Source: Paraspadella gotoi
Taxonomy: Eukaryota; Animalia; Chaetognatha
Reading direction: 5' to 3'
Assembly: GCA_051294375.1 (NCBI GenBank)
Contig: CM119265.1
Location: 8,936,772-9,000,771, forward strand
Length of the DNA stretch: 64,000 nt
Positions 15,241 through 29,230 of this stretch are shown here, piece by piece; within the stretch, counting starts at the first letter, position 1, and every line of letters starts with the position of its first letter. The position numbers were made by a program, and so were the translations under genes. A model generated the notes under the pieces. The model saw nothing but the letters and a program-made list of their open reading frames with translations. It ran no database searches and had not been told where the DNA came from.

Positions 15241-15646
15241 GAGATGAGAGAGGAGAGAGAGGATGGAGAGAGAGAGAGGAGAGAGAGAGAGTAGAGAGGG
15301 CGCATAAAAATGGGCCAGGCGCCAATCGTCCGCTGAGCGTCGATATATTGTTGCAACGGCGTTTGTTGATGGGAGAGAGAGAGAGAGAGAGAGAGAGAAC
15401 AGAGAGAGAGAGAGAGAGGACATGGAGAGAGAGAGGAGAGAGAGAGAGAGAGATAAAATAATTTGCATACTCCTGCCAGTTGGGAGAGATACCGTTTGAA
15501 ACTGTTAAAATCTGCCTGCTAGTGGGAGTTTTATAAATTTTTAAGTAATATTTAGTTTCATTTTACTAATTCTTGAGTTTGTTATATCCGTAAGATTAAA
15601 AAGATAAACCGGAGTTTATTGGAAAGTTGAAAAGGTTTATTAGTAA

Positions 15647-15738
15647 TAGTTTGGTTAATAGTAGTTTGGTTAATATTTAGTTTTGGTTAATATTAGTTTG
15701 GTTAAACATTAGTTTGGTTAATATTTAGTTTGGTTAAC
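15647..15738. repeat. ~15-bp tandem repeat (tagtttggttaata-like), about 6 units
   Basis: tagtttggttaa repeated with short variable spacers. Confidence 0.85.
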
Positions 15739-17444
15739 TCGGTTACTGAAGTTTACACACTTTCAGTTCACTTTGAGGCTATAAGCCTTCAAAATCTCAT
15801 TCATTTCATTCATTCATTGCATTCATTCATTTATTTATTTATTTATTTATTTATTTTATTTTATATATTTATTATTTTAGTTTATTTATTTATTTATTTA
15901 TTTTTAGAATATAAAAGATGGTAAGAATTTTACCTATTAATTATAGTATTGTATGTATTGTTTTAATTATAAAAATGTTATGGTGAAAATATAAAATAAT
16001 GTTAATTCTGTTTCAAGCAAGAACAACGATTCATAATATCTTTTTTGTTGAATTTCGTGAAAAATTCAATTTTATATTCTACTAACCACACTGTATCACT
16101 TATCACTCTCTCACTTTCACTCCTTCCTCGTTTCACGCTCTCATTCTCTTTCCCACTTCATCCTTTTAAAGTGAAGTGGAGTCGAAAATAAGAAACTCGT
16201 GTGAGAGACTTTTCGTCGTCGTCGTCGTCGTCTGTCGTCGTCGTCGCCCTCCTCGTCCTGAGTCGGCCGGCCATTAGCTTGCCAAGTTTGAAGACGGGAA
16301 AGGGAAGGAGTATGACTCTTAAATTTTGTTGACGAGAATTTATAAAAAAAAGGAGAGAAAGAGAGAAAGAGAGAGATAGAGAGAGGGAGACGAGAGAAGA
16401 GGAGAGGAAGAGAGAGATGAGAGATGGGAGACGAGAGAGGAGGAGGAGACGAGGAGGAGGAAGAGGAGACGAGAGAAAGAGGAGGGAGTGAGAGAGAAGA
16501 GGTGGCCCCGTGTGTGAACGAAAGGTAAGAAAGAGAACGTTTATTTGAGATATCAGAATGTAAAAATAGGATGAAACTGCTATACGGATAAGTGAAAAAG
16601 CCCGCTATCAACGAAGAGAGAGAAGAGAGGAGATTGAGGAGTGAGAGAGAGAGAGAGTGACGAGGAGAGAGAGAGAAGAGGAGAGAGCAGAGAGAAGTAG
16701 AGAAGAGGAGAGGAGAGATACCTTTCAGCTCTCGAATAAAATTCAAAAATTTTCATTCAGATCTAATTTCTTTCAAAGACTTTTTGAAAATGTCGACGTC
16801 TTCGTTTACGCTTTGTTTATATCGTCTTAAGTTGAGAATGACAGAAAACTCATTGTGTAAACATTAAAAAATATCCTAAATTCAATTATCTATAATTATA
16901 AAGTAAGTTACATCGAGGAAATTTTTCTCAAGTTTTATGTTCAGCGACAAAAAAAATGCTCTTCTCAAATTCTGAAGGACGAGTGAAAATTTCTTTCTTT
17001 TCTTCTGGAAAATTCGAGAGAAAAATTTTTTTGTCGCGGTAAATTTCTTGAGAAAAAACAAAACAAAAAAAAATTGGGGAGAATGAGGCCGATAGAGACC
17101 AAGGAGAGGAGAGAGACTGAGGAAGAAGGGAGAGAGGGAGAGAGGGTAAGGGTCAGGGAAGAGGAGAGAGAAAGAGGGGGGAGAAATGTCGGGTTAAGGA
17201 GTTCGGAGTGACGGACATTTCTCCAGTAGATTGCCAGCCGAAAGGTTGGGAAGGCAAACGCGGAGAAAAAACACCGGCTGTGAGTTCGACTTCTCGTGGT
17301 GAGGGACGGCGCATTGGGGCAAGGTACGTTCGAAAGCAAGGCGTGTCCCGGTTCTGGCGTGCCTCGATGGGCGTTGGCGTTTGTGGGCGTGGCATCGAAA
17401 GGCGAAGTCGTCGCGCGCGTCTCTCTCTCTCTCCAAAATAAAAA

Positions 17445-17879
17445 AAGAAAGAAAACCCGCGATTTTTTTTTCTCCTTCAATCCCGAGGTTTTTTCTCAAG
17501 ATTTTTAAAAAGTCGAATTCTCCGGATTTCTGTTTTTGCCTCTCGCTTTCGCTCCTCCCTCTCTCTCTTCTCTCTCTCTTCTCTCTCTCTCTCCTTTCTC
17601 CCCTCTCTCTCCTCTCTCTCTCTCTCTATCTCTCTCTCTTACACTCTCTCTGGCCTCTATCTCTTACATAGCTCCTCTCTCTCTCTCTCTCTTCTTTAAA
17701 GCCGAGGACGGATACAATTGAACAAAAAGGGAGAAGATGCTGAGTTTCTTCTCGAAATTCTCTCTACTCTCTCTCTCTCGTAAAAACCTTCGAATGTTAC
17801 TCCCATCTTCTTTCGAATCCTCTCTTCTCTTCTCTTCTATCTCTTGGTCTCTCATCTCTCTCTCTCTCTCTCTCTCCTC

Positions 17880-17929
<50 letters not shown>

Positions 17930-18711
17930 CTTCTTCCTTTCTTTTTTGTTTTGACTGTGATTTACTGTGCGAGATGCAAAGCTTCGATACACTTTGAGGG
18001 ATCGACGACGATAACGATGACGACGATGAGACGACGATGACGATGAAGAACGATGACGATGACAGACGACGATTGAAAAACGATGACAACGACAAAGGAA
18101 GACAGCGAACAACCCATTAAATAATACTATGACGATGAAGTAAGACGTCAGCTATGATAAAGAAGGACAATATAGTTACACATTCGATAACAAACCGTGA
18201 CTGCATAGACAATTGGACATTGTGTTCGTCTGTTGTCATCTTTTTCATCGTCGTCGTCATCGTCATAGTCATTTGGACATCTTAGTTAAATCTCAATGGA
18301 CATCTATTAACAACGACAATACGACACAATGACATGACAAGCACGACAGACCGCAATGCGACGCGTCAGTCATTTTGTTTGGAATGGAATCCAAAACTGA
18401 GGGCTGAGGAGAAATGTGTGGGTGTTGCTGTGTCCGAGTGGAATTTAGGTTGAAGTCAGTTGATATTCCATGGGGTGTCACAACTTTTTTTTCTGGTGCA
18501 GCATCCAATGCTGGCAGAATCAAAACGCGGAAAGGCTAAAGAAAAAGTCAAATCTCCCGAGGGGGCGAAGGAGAAGGGAGTGCGGTTAGAGTGGCGGTGA
18601 GGGGAGGGGGGGCTCGAGTTGGGAGCGAAAGGCGAAGTTCATAAATCGAAGAAACTCGAGACTTAAATCTGCATTTCTCTTTTCTATCTTTTTCTTTGGG
18701 AGAGAAGAGAG

Positions 18712-18803
<92 letters not shown>

Positions 18804-19189
18804 GGGGATAATCAATTAATCATGATGATGATAATGAAGATCGGCAGAGTTTAGTAGAGCCCGATGTACTACCATTGGTAAGGTCAAGTAATGGAAGGGA
18901 GGTGAGGCAAATGTTTTTTAAAGAAAAAGGGGACTAGGGGAAGAGAGAAAATCGAGGAGGGAGAGGGAGAAATGAGGGAGGGAAAGAGGGTGGAGCGAGG
19001 GAGGAAAGAACGGAAAAGAGAGGTGGTCTCATGACTAAAGGGGAGGACAGGGAATTAAGTTAATTAGAGGTTTTTTCGACAAAAAAAAGGGAGGGAACAT
19101 GCGAGAAGGGAAAGAGAGAAAGAAAGGAGAAAGAAAGAAAGAGAAGAAAGAAAGAAGGAAAGAAAGAAAAGAAAGAAAGAAAGAAAGCA

Positions 19190-19225
<36 letters not shown>

Positions 19226-21209
19226 ATGAATGAATGAAACAGAGAAAGAAAATTTTCATCATTACAACAAAAATGTAAGAAAGATATAAGACGATGACAA
19301 TAATTACAAGAAAGGCAACAGCAAACAAAAAGGAAAAAAAGGAACAAAATATAATTGAAAAACAAAATTAGTTCCAGGAATGTGAGATAAACTGATATCT
19401 AACTGAGAGGCTGGAAAATGACTCGACTTTGCACCGAAACAAATTAAGGGATGCTGTCGAAAATTTTCCGCTGAAAAATGTTCCGAGTGACAGAAAAGCC
19501 ACTTTAAAAGGGCAAATGAAAACGACGACGACTGACGACGACGAAAAAAAGGTAAGGGTTCATGATTCTGAGATTTTCCCCGCGCGGCAATGAATTAGGG
19601 GTAAGTCTTTTTGCCGTTGAATCGAAGGGCGTCTGGTTTTTAGTCGTTCGTCGTCGTCCGTCGTCTCGTCGTTAATGTCATCGTTAGTGACAAGAGTTCT
19701 CTCGTTGTTTTTGGCGTGACCGTCGTCGTCGTCGTTGTCGTCGTCTGTCGTCGTCGAGATTCGTCGTCGTCGAGATCGTCGTTTTTGATTAAACTCAGGC
19801 TTTTTTCGCGTCACGCCGAAGAACCAGTTTATTCATCGCTCGTCAAAATAAAAATAAAAAAAAAACCTCACTGTTTTTAGCCTTTCCTCTTTTGAAAAAA
19901 AAAGGGAAAAAAAAAGGAAAAAACCTCTCTTCCCTCCCCCCCCTTTTTTTTTCCTCTTTAACTTTTACCGAAAATTTTAATCAAAAATAATTTGTTGCCG
20001 ACAAAAAGGACATCTTGTTGTCGGAGGAAACTGGAAGGTCGGGGGATTTTGGGGTCGACGAAAGAGGCGAGAGACGAACGAGGAAACGAACGAATAGAAA
20101 CGAACGAATAGAAAGGAAATGAAGGACGGGAACCGTCAAAATTAATGGGAGAAGAAAGTCATTAGATAATTGGAATGAAAGGGAAAAGAGGACACGGACG
20201 TTTTGGCGACGAAGAACAAATCTTTCGTGCGCGAAGGAACTTCGTCGTATTCAAGGGTTCGCGTTTTTTGTTTGGTCTCTTTCTTCGTGGCTTTGCGAGT
20301 TTCGATCGCAGGTTTTTCGTAGTCAATTAATGAGTTTTAGTGGAGATCCTGATTATTATTATTTAGTATAGAAAGTAAATAAAATCGCCGGCGAATTCTT
20401 TAAAAATTCCAATGCCCGCTAAGAAATAATTTGCTCCCTCTGTTCAAACGCCGGTTCCGCAAAAACGTACCTTATTTGGATAGTATTTTTAGAATTTGGT
20501 TACTTTACAAATGTTAACCAAAATTTTCTCTCTAACTCGCTCGGTTATACAAAATGAATGCACTTTGTACAATTAGCCAATTCGATTCAAATTCGCTTTT
20601 CTATGATTTTTTAATAAATCGATTCATCTCACTTTTGTTCGCATTATTTATCTCGACCACCTCCACATTTGGTAGGCGCGGTGGTTCTAGAATTAAAGTT
20701 TTTGCCTCAAAGGATTTACTCTGTTCTTCGGCTACTTAATTTTTTAAAAACGATACTAAACTGATTTCAAAGTTCGCTTGCTGTGGAAAACAATCCAAAC
20801 AAAATGACGTTCATTAAATTTACTTTTCTCGTATGTGAGCAGAGCGCATTCTTCTTGCATTCGTTTTTACTGACCGGAACATCGGAACCGTGACCCAGAA
20901 CCTGAAGCTCCGCAAGAAAAAAAACTAACAACATAAAAAATAGTCAGGGACAATCAGGAGGCAATTCGATACAAGAAATTACATATGCCTTCGCCCCCCC
21001 CCCCTCGCGGACCCAATCACTGTTTCTTCTTTCATTTATTTTTCCAATCTTTGTCTTTTTCTTTCCCCATTCTTCAATTCCTATTGGGTCTCGTTCTCTC
21101 TCGGGTACTCGGACGCGCTCATTACTTTCGATCACGATAATTCGATTGCATTCCATTCTCTTTCTTACTCCTCTCTTCTTCTCTCTCATCTTCTCTCTCC
21201 TCTCTCTCT

Positions 21210-21248
<39 letters not shown>

Positions 21249-21285
21249 GTCCTCTCTCTCTCTCTCTCTTTCTTCTCTCTCTCTC

Positions 21286-21359
<74 letters not shown>

Positions 21360-22200
21360 TGTTATTCGTTGCAATCTCCGATATTATATAATTTTGATTA
21401 GACCCTTTTCCAGATTTTTTTTCTGACAATTAACCAAATCGGCTTCCGGTTATACTAATCAACTAACATACATTCGCGTGTAACCCAATTCATTCGTGCG
21501 ATTCGTTGACTCGCTCGTTCGATATATAATAATAAGACGTGGTTATCACTAATCACTAATCACTAATCGGTGCTTAGTTCATTGATGGGTTTTTTGTTTT
21601 TCATCGTCGTTGTGGTCGTCGTCGTAATCGTCGCCTCGATCGATCGCATTATCGACGATTAGAATCGCCCTGATGATCTGATGGTCGTTTTCCTTTTTCT
21701 TTCTTCTTTACTAGTTTTCTTATTTTCTTGTTTTGTTTTTTTTTCGTTTTCTTTCGTTTGTATTTTCCTTTTTTACCTTCCTTACTTTCCCTTCTTTCTT
21801 CCTCACCTTCTTAACTTACTTTCTTTATTTACGTCCTATCTCTACCTTTCTTACCATTGTCTTTCCCCTTCCGCCCTTCCCTTTCTCTCCTCTCGTTCAT
21901 CTCGACTCGTCTCTCGATGCGTCATGCGTCTTCTCTCTCTCACATCTTTCTCGTCTCTCTCCTCTTCTCTCATCTCTCTCTCTCTACTCTCCTCGCATAA
22001 CTCGCTCAAGGTAATATTTCTCTTCCTTTGTCTTTTCGCTCTCCTCTATTTTTCCTCTTTTTTTTGGCTCAACTTCGTCTTTCCACCTGCAATCATCCGT
22101 CGCGGGTGAACCTTCCTCCTCCTCCTCCTCCTCCTCCTCCTCTTCTTCTTCTTCTTATCCTTCTTCTACTCTCTCTCCCTTATTCCTGCTTATCGCCTCG
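17445..22200 (+). repeat. Duplicated block A, copy 2 (carries an extra ~400 bp at ~20340-20738)
   Basis: Colinear with 590-5051 throughout and continues into unique sequence on both sides. Confidence 0.93.
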
Positions 22201-22484
22201 TTCCGCCTCCGACCTCCTCAACATAGTGCCCCTCCTCCTCCCTTTGCTTCTTTGCTTCAAAATCCCTCGCATATTTTCATCTCTTTGTATTTGTTTGTTT
22301 GTAAACATTACAAAAGAAACGGATTTAGCCAAATTATTTTTTTCATTTTTACTTTTTCTTGCATCTGCATTCTGCATCTGCTTTCTGCATCTGCATTCTC
22401 ACCTTCTTATCCACCTCGCCCAGCCACGCCCACTCCGCCATCTTTTTTCCATTTTAACCATCTCTTTCCCTTCACCTCGTCAAA

Positions 22485-22520
<36 letters not shown>

Positions 22521-22974
22521 CTCGATGATGAATTTTGACTTGAGCATCTCGAGTCGAAGCTTATCACTTATACTATTATCATTTATTACAAGAAGTTATA
22601 AAAATACGTATTTCCGATTTACAGGTTGACGTAAAAAAAATTTTCACTTTTAAAAATAATTTTTTATGAAAATAATATTCTAATTATTATAAAGTAACTT
22701 TTAACTTTTGACTTTTCACTTTTCACTTTTTTTTTTTGGACTTTTGACTTTCAAGAAAATCTACGTCTCTCACCTTACCCCGTCTCCAAACTAACCTACC
22801 CGCCTTCCTCCTCGTCCCAACTATAGTTCTTACCCCTTCGCTCAACTTCGATTTTCTTTCCCTCGCCCCACACTTCCCCTTTTCAGCCCCCCCCCATCTC
22901 CCCCCTTCGGTGCTCGACCGCTAAACCGAATTTGGCGCAAATAAGAAACGAATCCTAACAAGAATCTAATTCAG

Positions 22975-22980
<6 letters not shown>

Positions 22981-23039
<59 letters not shown>

Positions 23040-23053
23040 GGGGGACGACGACG
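22981..23053. repeat. (GTC/GAC)n trinucleotide microsatellite, a motif frequent across the window
   Basis: Pure gtc repeat; others at ~22484-22520, ~24979-25020 and ~2990-3020. Confidence 0.95.
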
Positions 23054-24012
23054 ACCAAGATTCGAAAATTGAAAAATGAAAACGAATCCCAGAAAGTTGC
23101 GAGTGAAAGAGGAAGAAGGAAAGAAAAAAAGGAGGAAAGGAAACGAGGGAGAAAGAGTAAAGGGAAAAAGTAAAGTCGAAGATAAAGAAAATAAAAAGTA
23201 GTAGAAAATGATTATGATACGGTGAGGCCAATTCGGTAGCAAACGTTTAAGTTTTCCTTTCATAATTTTTCTTTATTTAACTGGTTTTATAAATGGTTTT
23301 ATTCCTAAAATGACACAATTTGTTATCACCATATGAAGGTTATTATTTTTTAACGGTCAAATTAATGGGTTTGAAAGTTATCAACTTAATATAATTCATA
23401 ATACATCTCTTTCGTAGTTGGGTGCATAATTGACATAACAAATCTCAAAAACATTTATTTACGCACAAAATTGTGGCAGGTGACTCGGCTAAAAATTATT
23501 TTGATAATTCCTCATTTATAAAAATATGACGTGAAGGATTGACTTCAATATGCAAATTTTATTTCGAAAGACTCGTTTGATTTCTTACTTTATTTTACAC
23601 TATTCCACATATATAAAAAAAAAAACTCCCGCCATCTTTTCTTTAATTTTATAGACGTCGTAAAACCAAAAAATGGTTGAGAGGATTTAATGATGACTCT
23701 GGTGCCAAAACGAGAAAAGAAGAAACCTCTGATTCGTTTCGAGCCAGAAAAGCCTCGATCGTAATTACTTCTCCGTTTTTGAACTAAAGGTTTATTGTCG
23801 TATTAAACGAAATAAAAAGGTTTCTTCGTCGTCGTCGTCGTCGTTGTTTTCCGCACTATCGGTGTTTTCGTCATTGTCGTTGTCGTCGTCGTTGTTGTTC
23901 TTCTTGTTTTCGGCGTCGCTTTTTTTCTCGCGAATGAAATTTGGGAAAATGTCAACTTTGAGAAGGAAGTTTTTAGGCGCGGTTCGTTGGAGAAAATGAA
24001 AAAAATAAACAA

Positions 24013-24212
<200 letters not shown>

Positions 24213-24978
24213 CGAAAGAAAGGAAGGGAGAAAAACAAAGAGATAGAATAAGGGAAAGATAGAGAGTGAGAGAGTCTTGGAGAAATAGAGCAACAATGAT
24301 AAATATAGATTTTTTTTAAGACCGAGAGAGAAAGATTAAGATACGCCTTAACAGAGAACAAATAATGTAATTTTGAATGCCAGAAATGTAAAACCTAAAA
24401 ACAAATTTCAGCGCGTAGTTTTGTTCTCGGGATTTTATAATAACTTATTTGATTTTATTCTCACGTTACAACTTTTTTTTCTCATTATTCTATCATATTA
24501 TGATTCCTGGTTTTATATTTTTTTTTCGATTACACAAATTTTGTTCTTCTTCCAAATTATTTATTTTCTTTCCCTTCTTTTCTTTTTCTGTCTCCTTTTT
24601 CTCGACGTCGTCGTCACCAACCACCTCCTCCTCTTCTTCCTCCTCCTCCTCCTCCTCCTTTTTCGTCACCCTCCTTGTCACAAACTCCCAGCGAAAAGAC
24701 GAGGCTTTTGAAAAATGGAATTCGGTGTCTTGGAATTTGTGGTGTTTGGGATGAGGAAGGGGTATTGAGGGGGTGTTAGAATTAGGGGTGTGGAAGAATC
24801 TCGAAGGGGAAAAAGGAGACTTTTTTTTTCGATTTGAGTTGAGGGTTTGGAGTTTCCGTCGTGAGGGGGGATTACTTAACAGTTTAACACAAAGGGGTTG
24901 TGGGGGAGAAAAAGGGTGAGTGCATTAAGGGTGAGGCGAAATGAACGATGAGGAAGTTACGTGAGGCGACAAAATGAA

Positions 24979-25021
<43 letters not shown>

Positions 25022-25166
25022 ATTCTTGTTGTGAGCGGCGACATCGAAAAAATTTTGAGAGATTCCAAAAATTCAATCTGCTGTTTTTCGAGTCTCAGTC
25101 CTGGGTTTTCTTAATCAGAGAGATAGAAGAGATAGAGAGAGAGTGTGTGAGAAAAAAAAAGAAGGG

Positions 25167-25259
<93 letters not shown>

Positions 25260-25577
25260 GCTCAGGTGGATTTTGGCGAAAGCAGCGCGTGATAAACGCG
25301 TGCGAAAGATTGAGTCGCCGCACAGATTCGAACTCGCGTTCGGTTTTCCCGCGCGTGCTCTGTCTTCCGTACGTGCAGATGCGCGTTGATGTTTGTATTT
25401 GGCTTGGTAAATCGCCTTCCGTGCGTGTGAATCTTATCTAGGAAGGCGACTGTTTGAGTTTTGTCTATGTCCTTTCACAGGTTCTATCTAAAATTAAGTT
25501 AGTTGTTTATAAAAGCGAATTTTATCGTTTCTGTAAAATAGATAGGGGTAAATAAATAAATAAAAAATAATTTCACA

Positions 25578-26187
25578 NNNNNNNNNNNNNNNNNNNNNNN
25601 NNNNNNNNNNNNNNNNNNNNNNNNNNNNNNNNNNNNNNNNNNNNNNNNNNNNNNNNNNNNNNNNNNNNNNNNNNNNNNNNNNNNNNNNNNNNNNNNNNNN
25701 NNNNNNNNNNNNNNNNNNNNNNNNNNNNNNNNNNNNNNNNNNNNNNNNNNNNNNNNNNNNNNNNNNNNNNNNNNNNNNNNNNNNNNNNNNNNNNNNNNNN
25801 NNNNNNNNNNNNNNNNNNNNNNNNNNNNNNNNNNNNNNNNNNNNNNNNNNNNNNNNNNNNNNNNNNNNNNNNNNNNNNNNNNNNNNNNNNNNNNNNNNNN
25901 NNNNNNNNNNNNNNNNNNNNNNNNNNNNNNNNNNNNNNNNNNNNNNNNNNNNNNNNNNNNNNNNNNNNNNNNNNNNNNNNNNNNNNNNNNNNNNNNNNNN
26001 NNNNNNNNNNNNNNNNNNNNNNNNNNNNNNNNNNNNNNNNNNNNNNNNNNNNNNNNNNNNNNNNNNNNNNNNNNNNNNNNNNNNNNNNNNNNNNNNNNNN
26101 NNNNNNNNNNNNNNNNNNNNNNNNNNNNNNNNNNNNNNNNNNNNNNNNNNNNNNNNNNNNNNNNNNNNNNNNNNNNNNNNNNNNNNN
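25578..26187. other. Assembly gap (610 N); other sized gaps at 26901-27158, 29829-30116, 31138-31332; 25-N gaps at 5052, 33614, 38479, 43245
   Basis: Runs of n in the sequence. Confidence 0.99.
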
Positions 26188-27158
26188 GGAGCGGAGCTGA
26201 GAGAGTGTACCTCCCTACAGAAAATGCAATCTTCTTTTTCCTCTTTATCTGTTTATTTCTTATTCTTTTCTCTTTAGATATGAGAATTTTCTTTGACCAA
26301 ACCCTGAATCCATAAAAGGAGTCAATTTCCCCATTTCAATCCCTATTCAATCCCCAATTCATGACTACTCGATCCCCATTTTCTCGCCGTTAGGCGCACG
26401 AAAGCGAGAGACCCACTTTTCGCGCGGAATTTTTTTGGATCGAAAAAGCGTCATTTCTCGGCCATTTCTTTTTCTTCCGGCGTCAATGAGTCTTTCCGCC
26501 TCTTTTGACGCCGTTTCCGTCCGTTTGACGGGCGACGCATCCGCCCACGAAAACGGGTCACCAACGCGCGTCACTGTCACTAGTCCGTGTATGGATGGCA
26601 GCGCTCTCTGACAGGGAACAAAAATGTTTACGAGATCGAAGAAGAAAGGAAGGAGAAAAAAATATATAAAAATATATACTAGTATAATAGTGAAAATTGG
26701 GAAGTGAAGTTATAAAATAATCTGCATGCAATCTGCATACTGTACAGTGTACACTCTACATCGACACGATGATGTGTGATGTGATGTGTGATGTGTACAG
26801 TTTTTTAAAGAGATTCATCGATTTTTTAAGAGAGAGAGTAAGATAAAGACTGTGCTGGTGTCGAGAAAAGCTGAGAATTCAAACAAAAGGTACATCGAAT
26901 NNNNNNNNNNNNNNNNNNNNNNNNNNNNNNNNNNNNNNNNNNNNNNNNNNNNNNNNNNNNNNNNNNNNNNNNNNNNNNNNNNNNNNNNNNNNNNNNNNNN
27001 NNNNNNNNNNNNNNNNNNNNNNNNNNNNNNNNNNNNNNNNNNNNNNNNNNNNNNNNNNNNNNNNNNNNNNNNNNNNNNNNNNNNNNNNNNNNNNNNNNNN
27101 NNNNNNNNNNNNNNNNNNNNNNNNNNNNNNNNNNNNNNNNNNNNNNNNNNNNNNNNNN

Positions 27159-27194
<36 letters not shown>

Positions 27195-27628
27195 AATGTA
27201 ACCTAAACTGAAGAAACAAAAGGAGCTTCTTCGATTCGAAATCGTTGAAACTGTTTCGTCGTCGTCGTCGTCGTCGTCATCGTCGTCGTCGACCGTCGTT
27301 TCAGTTTTCGTTTCGCTCCGTTGCTTAGCAACGACATTTCGTCGACGGAGCCGAACATTTATATTCAGACCCGAGTTCTTCTGTCGTTTTAACTTCTTCG
27401 TCGTCGTTGACGTTTTCGTCATCATCGTCGTCGTTTTCTTCGTCATCGTCGTATTTGACGTTGATTTTGTTATCGTCACGACGACAGTTTCAGTCGTCAT
27501 CAGAGATATATATTGTCGGTGTCATCAATTTTTTTCATCCGTTGTCAGTTTAAAGCAGTGCCTTTTAAAATTATATATTTTATCTTTAAATAATTTACCT
27601 TCACATCACCATTATCATCGTTATCCGT

Positions 27629-27686
<58 letters not shown>

Positions 27687-27692
27687 ACATCA
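27629..27692. repeat. (CAT)n microsatellite upstream of the first LIM2 exon
   Basis: Pure atc/cat repeat. Confidence 0.95.
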
Positions 27693-27841
27693 TAAACAAC
27701 AACAACATGATCATCAGTATCTTTGTCTGGAAATACGTTAATGCAGTATTAATCAGTTAGAATGTCTTGTTTATTTTATTTTATTTTAGCAAAATAAAAG
27801 TTAAAGATTAATACAATTGAATTCCTTTTTTCTTCCCTCAG

Positions 27842-27932
27842 GAGATTCGGCACGAAGTGTGCGGCGTGCGGCGAAGGCATTCCCCCGACGCAGGTCGTCA
27901 GGCGAGCCCAGGAAAATGTTTACCATCTCCAG
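27842..27932 (+). CDS. Lhx3: Lhx3/Lhx4 (Lim3) coding exon, first half of LIM domain 2
   Basis: Acceptor ttttttcttccctcag. Reads g+AGA TTC GGC ACG AAG TGT... = [30 protein letters not shown], near-identical to vertebrate LHX3 [30 protein letters not shown] as recalled. Donor gtgagt at 27933. 91 nt, phase 2 in and phase 0 out. Not in the supplied ORF track. Confidence 0.97.
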
Positions 27933-28049
27933 GTGAGTAAAGATGCCGCCGAGGATGTGGCGTTAAAACCGTTCATGAGATACCGTCTGTAAAAAATCCT
28001 CGTGTTAGGTGATGCTAATTCACCTACCAGTCATTTTAATTTGTTACAT

Positions 28050-28149
28050 ATGGAGGCCTTAAACCACCAAAGCCTGTCCAAAGTCAGGGGCAAGATAGCT
28101 TATTTATTAAATGAATGGATAATTTTTATATTGGTTGTACCAATTTCAT
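28050..28149 (+). repeat. ~100 bp dispersed repeat inside the short LIM2 intron
   Basis: atggaggccttaaac.acc..agcctgtccaaagtcagggg.aagatagcttattta.taaatgaat...tttttatattggttgt..caatttcat recurs at 33289-33388 and in the other block B copies (~39687, ~44914). A degenerate partial copy lies at ~28303-28350. Confidence 0.8.
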
Positions 28150-28389
28150 ATAAACTGGATTGGTCCTTTTATACCGTTGAACCAGTTCACAAAATACTAT
28201 AGGGAAAGTAGGTACTCCGGGAGTTGTTTAAATAGACATTGAGTCTAGAGTAAAAGCTTACGGGGTCTCACTTGGTTATTATCTTTTACATTTCTTGAAT
28301 AGTCCAAAGTGAGAGCAAGCTTATTTATGGAATGAATGGATGATAATTATACAATATACATACTATACTTCTTCACCCCCCCCTCGCAG

Positions 28390-28501
28390 TGTTTCGCGTG
28401 TATCATGTGCTCACGTCAACTTGCCACTGGTGATGAGTTTTACCTCATGGACGACAACAGACTTGTCTGCAAGATCGATTATGAAACTGCTAAACAAAGA
28501 G
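28390..28501 (+). CDS. Lhx3: Lhx3/Lhx4 coding exon, second half of LIM domain 2
   Basis: Acceptor ccccccctcgcag. Encodes [37 protein letters not shown] plus one g. Completes the LIM C-x2-C...H-x2-C-x2-C-x2-C...C-x2-D pattern with the previous exon. Donor gtaggt at 28502. 112 nt, phase 0 in and phase 1 out. Confidence 0.97.
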
Positions 28502-29120
28502 GTAGGTTGGATTTTCTCTTTACTTAATGGTGATTACTAGGAGAATATGAAATAAGAAATAAAAAACAATGATGAATACCGAATGATAATGAATAATGAT
28601 TGATGAATGCTTACTGTTTTTGAATCTTATATGTTAAAAAAACGTGAAGTTTTCGTGGCTATCAAAAGCTTGTATGTGTAATGTGCATGGTTCATTCTGG
28701 TTCAGTCAATATTCCTAAACTTATTTTAAAATTGACTAAATGTAAAATAAATTTGTTTTAAAATAATGAAAAGTCAGAAATAGTAGCTTATTATGATTTC
28801 GATTATACTTTCCCCTCCGGCGATTAATCCTATGCGAACGCTTTCCATTCGATTTGCTCCGTCTCTCACTCGCTCTCGCTTCAGTTTTATCTCGCTCTCT
28901 CTCTCTCTTTCCCACTATCTCCCCCCCACCCACGCGGCCCGTCTTTCTCCTTCCAATATCTCTCTCTCTCTCTCACCCCTCTCTCTCTCTTCGTTCGCAT
29001 TCAAGAAAAGACAGAGAGCGAGTCAACGGACGGCTGCCTTCGAGAGAAGCCCTACTCATCCGAAGCGAGACAGAGACGACGGAGCGAAGGGAAAGACTAA
29101 GACGGAGACGATTTTGAAAG

Positions 29121-29230
<110 letters not shown>

